The notes under the pieces: model-generated | Told to the model about the DNA's origin: nothing | What the model saw: the letters and a program-made list of their open reading frames with translations, nothing else | Database searches by the model: none | Position numbers and translations under genes: made by a program | NCBI GenBank assembly: GCA_020137815.1 | Contig: CM035354.1 | Span: forward strand, 3,658,001-3,722,000 | Direction of reading: 5' to 3' | Length of the DNA stretch: 64,000 bases | Source: Hormiphora californensis | Lineage: Eukaryota; Animalia; Ctenophora | Part shown: piece after piece, positions 59,527-64,000 of the stretch | How positions within the stretch are numbered: the first letter of the stretch is position 1 | Layout: every line of letters begins with the position of its first letter

Positions 59527-61368
59527 GTTGCAGGGGGTGCGCGCATGAGGGGGCTGCAGCGCATTCCAAGGGCGGCGTTGTTTAAAAAGTGAGCTGGAAA
59601 GAGAGATTTTGAAATTTTAATTTTGAACTTTCGATATTTCTCGCGCGCGTTGAAATGCAGCGGTAAATGTTACAAATTAAGCGTGTCACGTTAAATATCG
59701 TTTTTGGCAACGTAAAAATTCAGCTCACATGAGCTGCACTGCTGAGTCTCAAAAAATTTAAAGATCTCCCGGGAAGCTAAAAAAGAGCTTCTTCTCTCTT
59801 TTTGAGGACCCGAGCTGGCTCTAGGCCTAACCGTCGTCCGTCCGTTATCCGCGCCAGGGAGATTGAGGCGTGAACCCCCCACAAGGGGATCCAGTGACAC
59901 AGTATTTAGGGGGCAGACCGCAGAGCCCCGGAAGCAGGGTCGAGGCCCTGGACTCCAGGGGCTGCCGATGGGTTGAAAAGCGCTGCCTTATCCCGCGCTA
60001 TCGGGGGCCAGCAGCGTTTGCCAAGCCGATGGGGGATGTGGGGGCGAACCGCCCCCGGAGTAGATCCGTTTGCTTGAATTAGAATTTCATGTGACCTTGT
60101 CGTTAAAAATGATACTTATTTCGCTCCTCTAAGAATAAATTACAGTTCAGAATTCTTAGGCTAGAACAGAGGTGTCTGATGTACCGTGTATCCTTCAACT
60201 GGGTCGATCTGGTGACATCCTCAACTATCACAAGATTGGGGGACTTTTTCAGAGATTCAAAATAGTTAACTCCGTACCAATTGTCAAATTTGAAGTGCTA
60301 AAAGTTTAAAGTTTAGTGTCCCAGAACTTTGTTGACAAAGGCCCAACGTGTTTAAAATACTATGCAGTATCCTGGTATCCACATACTAATATACAGTGCC
60401 AAGCTACCAATACCACCACGATTTAGGAAGTAAAAGTCTCTAGTGTTTTATGTCATTGTCTACCCATGCAGAATAATTGCAAACAGCAAAGGGCTAATTA
60501 GTAGTGTAAAGTGTAAACTCCAGTTCAAACTGTTTAGCAGGTAATTACAATCAAGCACTTGTCTAACACCGTGAATTATGCCACCTCTCTAGGTTAGCTG
60601 TGTGATTCATGATTTGAGGATAGCATCGAATTGGGTCGCCACCAAACGTGACTCGTGAAGTGATACCATAATCTATCCGCTCCCTTATAAAAACACACGG
60701 AACTAATGGCATGGGGTGGGGGGTCTGTGAAAAGGCCAAAGGGATTGGTGGTAGTGAATAAAAAGAGACGGAGAGAGAAAGATAGAGATAGAGACGGAGA
60801 GTGAGAAAGAGATAGAGATAGAGACGGAGAGTGAGAGAGAGATAGAGACGGAGAGAAGAAGATAGATACGGAGAGAGAAAGGGAGAGAGAAAGAAAGAAA
60901 GATAGAGAGAGAGAAAGAAAGATAGAGAGAGAGAGAGAGAAGAAGATAGAGACGGAGGGAGGAAGATACAAGAAGAACCATTGTTTGTTTAGTTGTGTCT
61001 GTTTACATTTCATGGCCCTGCTTCACTCTCAGTTCCCTCCTCCACTTTCAATTGTGCCACACAGTCTGAATCTAGTTGAGACTTGAGTCGCCTGACACTG
61101 TGTGGGCACTACAATGAACAATTCAAGAATCTAGGTCCTCCAGTTTGATAAATATTCCCAATATTTGATAAATACATTTTCTTCCTTCATGCTTTTGTTA
61201 AAGTTCATGTCCCCAGTAAGTGCAATCCGAATAATTTTGTGAATAATAAATGCTGTTCCTTATCAGTTATCCTAACCCTTAATCTTGCTCGACCCCCTTT
61301 GTGCTTTTTGTATGCCCACTTCCTAAATCTCTCATTCCCACCCTAACCTGATCTCCCTATTCTAGTTG

Positions 61369-63884
61369 ATGAAACCAGGTGTTTACCTGTTGCTCCTTCT
61401 ACTCGGGACCTGTCTCTGTTCCGGGGGAGGGGAGAGTGAGGCCGGTGGCGAGCATGATAACACCAGCTCAGAGGGAGGAGGGGAGGACCACAGTGGGGGA
61501 CACAGTGGGGTGCATATTGTCAATGTGGACTTTGAAACCATCAAGGCACCACTAATCCTAGTGTGTTGGGTTCTATTAGCAGTGGGGATTAAGGTCATCT
61601 ACCATAGTTTCGAAAAGTTTGCCAAGTTTTGCCCGGAAAGCTGTGTTCTGATTATAGTGGGGTTAGTTGCTGGAATCCTGCTAAAGGAAGCTTCTAACGA
61701 GAGTAATGAAATGCTGCTGAGTTTCAACTCTCAAGTCTTCTTCCTCTTCCTACTCCCTCCTATTGTCCTGGATGCGGGGTGGTGCATGCCTCCTCGGCAC
61801 TTCTTCGACAACATAGGTCTCATTCTGGCATTCGCCATATTTGGAACTCTGATCAACTCATTTGGTATTGGCCTGGGTCTCTATGGACTGATACAGGCGG
61901 GTGCTATCAATGTTACCAATATAACCCACGTGGACGGGATAGAGGTGGATCACACTATTGACATGCCAGGGTGTCTCCTATTTGGATCTCTCATCGCTGC
62001 AGTGGACCCTGTTGCTGTACTGGCTGTATTTGATTCTGTTCACGTTAACGAGGTGCTGCACATCGTGGTAGAGGGAGAGTCACTGCTGAACGATGCTGTC
62101 TCAGTTGTTCTTTACAAGATCATGAATGTGATTGTAAAGGCAGAAACAAACAACGAAACACTGGAATTGAAGGAGTATGGTGTTGGGTTCATTGCCTTCT
62201 TGGTCATTAGTGGAGGGGGTACCCTAATTGGGCTGATATATGCCATCATCACATCTGTATTTACCCGGACCTTGACCCATGTTCGTGTAGTGGAACCCCT
62301 CGTCGTGTTCTTCTTCGCTTACCTCTCCTACCTCACAGCGGAGTTGTTTCATTGGTCTGGAATCCTGGCAATCATCTTCTGCGGGTTCGGAATGAGGCAC
62401 TACGTAGAGGAGAACATTAGTAGGAAGTCCCATACCACCATTAAATACTTCATGAAGATGTTGGCTGTTATCTCAGAATCAGTTATCTTCATGTTCCTCG
62501 GTCTGGCCTTGGTCTCCGTTAATTTTGACATCAACTGGGCCTTTATCGGATTCTCCATCATTCTCTGTCTGGGTATCCGGGGTCTGGTGGTTGTCTCCTT
62601 CGTCTACATCTCCAACAAATTCCGAGTACAAAAGATCAAGATGGTCGACCAGTTCATTATGATGTACGGAGGACTCCGAGGGGCTATCTCCTTCTCTCTG
62701 GCTTTCATTTTGAGTTCCGACTATCCCTGGAAGGATCTCATCGTGACAACCACCTTTGTGGTGATTATCTTCACTGTCTTTATCCAGGGTATCACTATTG
62801 GCCCGTTAGTCAAGTTACTAAGGGTCACGACACACGAGAAAAAGAAGCCAACCCTAAATGAGGAGATCATAGAGCACGTAATGGCACATGTGATGTGGGG
62901 CTTTGAGGAGGTAGTAGGGAAACATGGTGAGAACTACTACCGGCAGTGGTTCGATCACATTGACAACAAGTATCTAATGAGATGGTTTACTAACAAGGAG
63001 ATCAGCAAGAATATCACACACGGAGACGCACTGGATATCCTTCAGGTGTTCCACAACTTGGAGCAGCGTGATGCTATGAACATGGCGTCTAAACACGAGG
63101 TCCTGGTGTCCCTGAATAGGAGGTCTACTACCACAGATAGTGCTGCGTACAACCCAGCCAGCCCAACTGTACCCCAGCTACCCCCCGTGGGCGAGGCTGA
63201 TGTGTTAATGGATGATAATGTGACACGATATCAGAGGTTATCTGAGTCAGCCCCCTGTGATAACAACTTTGATGCGATAAAAAGTAAAGCATTTGCTGCA
63301 ATGAAGATGAACGCTAGGCCGGTTCAGGTAATTTATAGTAGACTAAATCACTGTGCTGGCAAGCGCAAAGGTTGCCATTATCAATCACTAGAAACTGTGT
63401 AACATTTATCGTCTCTTGAAATCAGTACCTAACCCAGTCTGTAACATATTTTATCCTCTATTGGTTGTACTAACACCCTTCTTATTACCCCCTGCAGGGA
63501 ACACAACGCGGCAGGAACAAGCTGACCAACGCAGTTGACGATGATTTCAGTATGCTGAGGGAGATCCCTGTGATACAGCCTGAGGACCACCATAACATGG
63601 TGTACCACCAGAACGCCCCTATGGAGCGACCTCACCACCATCACCATCACGATAGGAGGAGGAAGGGTGATCACAAGAAGGGACGACACCACCATCACCG
63701 ACACAAACACCACAGGAGCCATCACCGGGGATCGTCTTCAGCAGCGGCTCCAGAAGAAGAGGTGTCCACTCTGCCATCAGAGGAAACCCCGGATGAGGTG
63801 AAAATGTGTGATTTTGGGGACTCTCAGCCGGTAGCAGACCCGGCAAACCATCAACACCATCCTGAGAATGAGAGTAATGTGTGA
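61369..63884 (+). CDS. Sodium/hydrogen exchanger, SLC9A plasma-membrane (NHE1-5) type; exons 61369-63327 and 63498-63884
   Basis: PESCVLIIVG, FFLFLLPPIVLDAG, LLFGSLIAAVDPVAVLAVF, GESLLNDAVSVVLY, NISRKSHTTIKYFMKML, DQFIMMYGGLRGAI, FTVFIQGITIGPLV; signal peptide; His-rich tail joins in frame. Confidence 0.95.
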
Positions 63885-64000
63885 ATCGGGGGCTAATGTC
63901 TAGGTAGAAGGGACTAAAATCTGGATATTAGAGGGACTAAAGGGATAAACGGAGAGAGAAAACCGAGAAATAAAAAAAGAGTTTCGTTGGACCTTTTAGA

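Noticed and set aside
59824-59833. cctaacc as a telomerase RNA template
   Set aside because: Only 7 nt of match; no pseudoknot or H/ACA evidence identified

Overview
Eukaryotic (animal) genomic DNA: gene-dense, short GT-AG introns, many MITEs and microsatellites. The repeat vocabulary and a nested intronic gene suggest a ctenophore of the Pleurobrachia/Hormiphora type (inferred from recall, not verified). About 15 protein-coding genes can be assembled by eye: HCFC1-like (runs off the window start), an uncharacterised gene with a mitochondrial-transit-like N-terminus that hosts a nested same-strand PAN-like gene, an SLC18B1-like MFS transporter, two intronless BTB genes in a repeat-rich low-quality island (~12.2-23.4 kb), a tight MED20-TRAPPC12-KIF18 cluster, MAPKAPK5, chimaerin, a C7orf31/SPMIP4-like gene, a stand-alone C-CAP-like beta-helix protein, ATP6V0D, a two-KH NOVA-like protein and an SLC9A Na+/H+ exchanger. 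The most notable signals are: (1) splice-acceptor-like sites just upstream of most start codons plus operon-like spacing, suggesting SL trans-splicing and polycistrons; (2) recurrent intronic copies of adjacent splice junctions; (3) a MITE with 9-bp TSDs that carries telomere repeats and has inserted into itself. Scattered frameshifts are probably consensus errors. All exon boundaries and family calls were made by eye without database searches.
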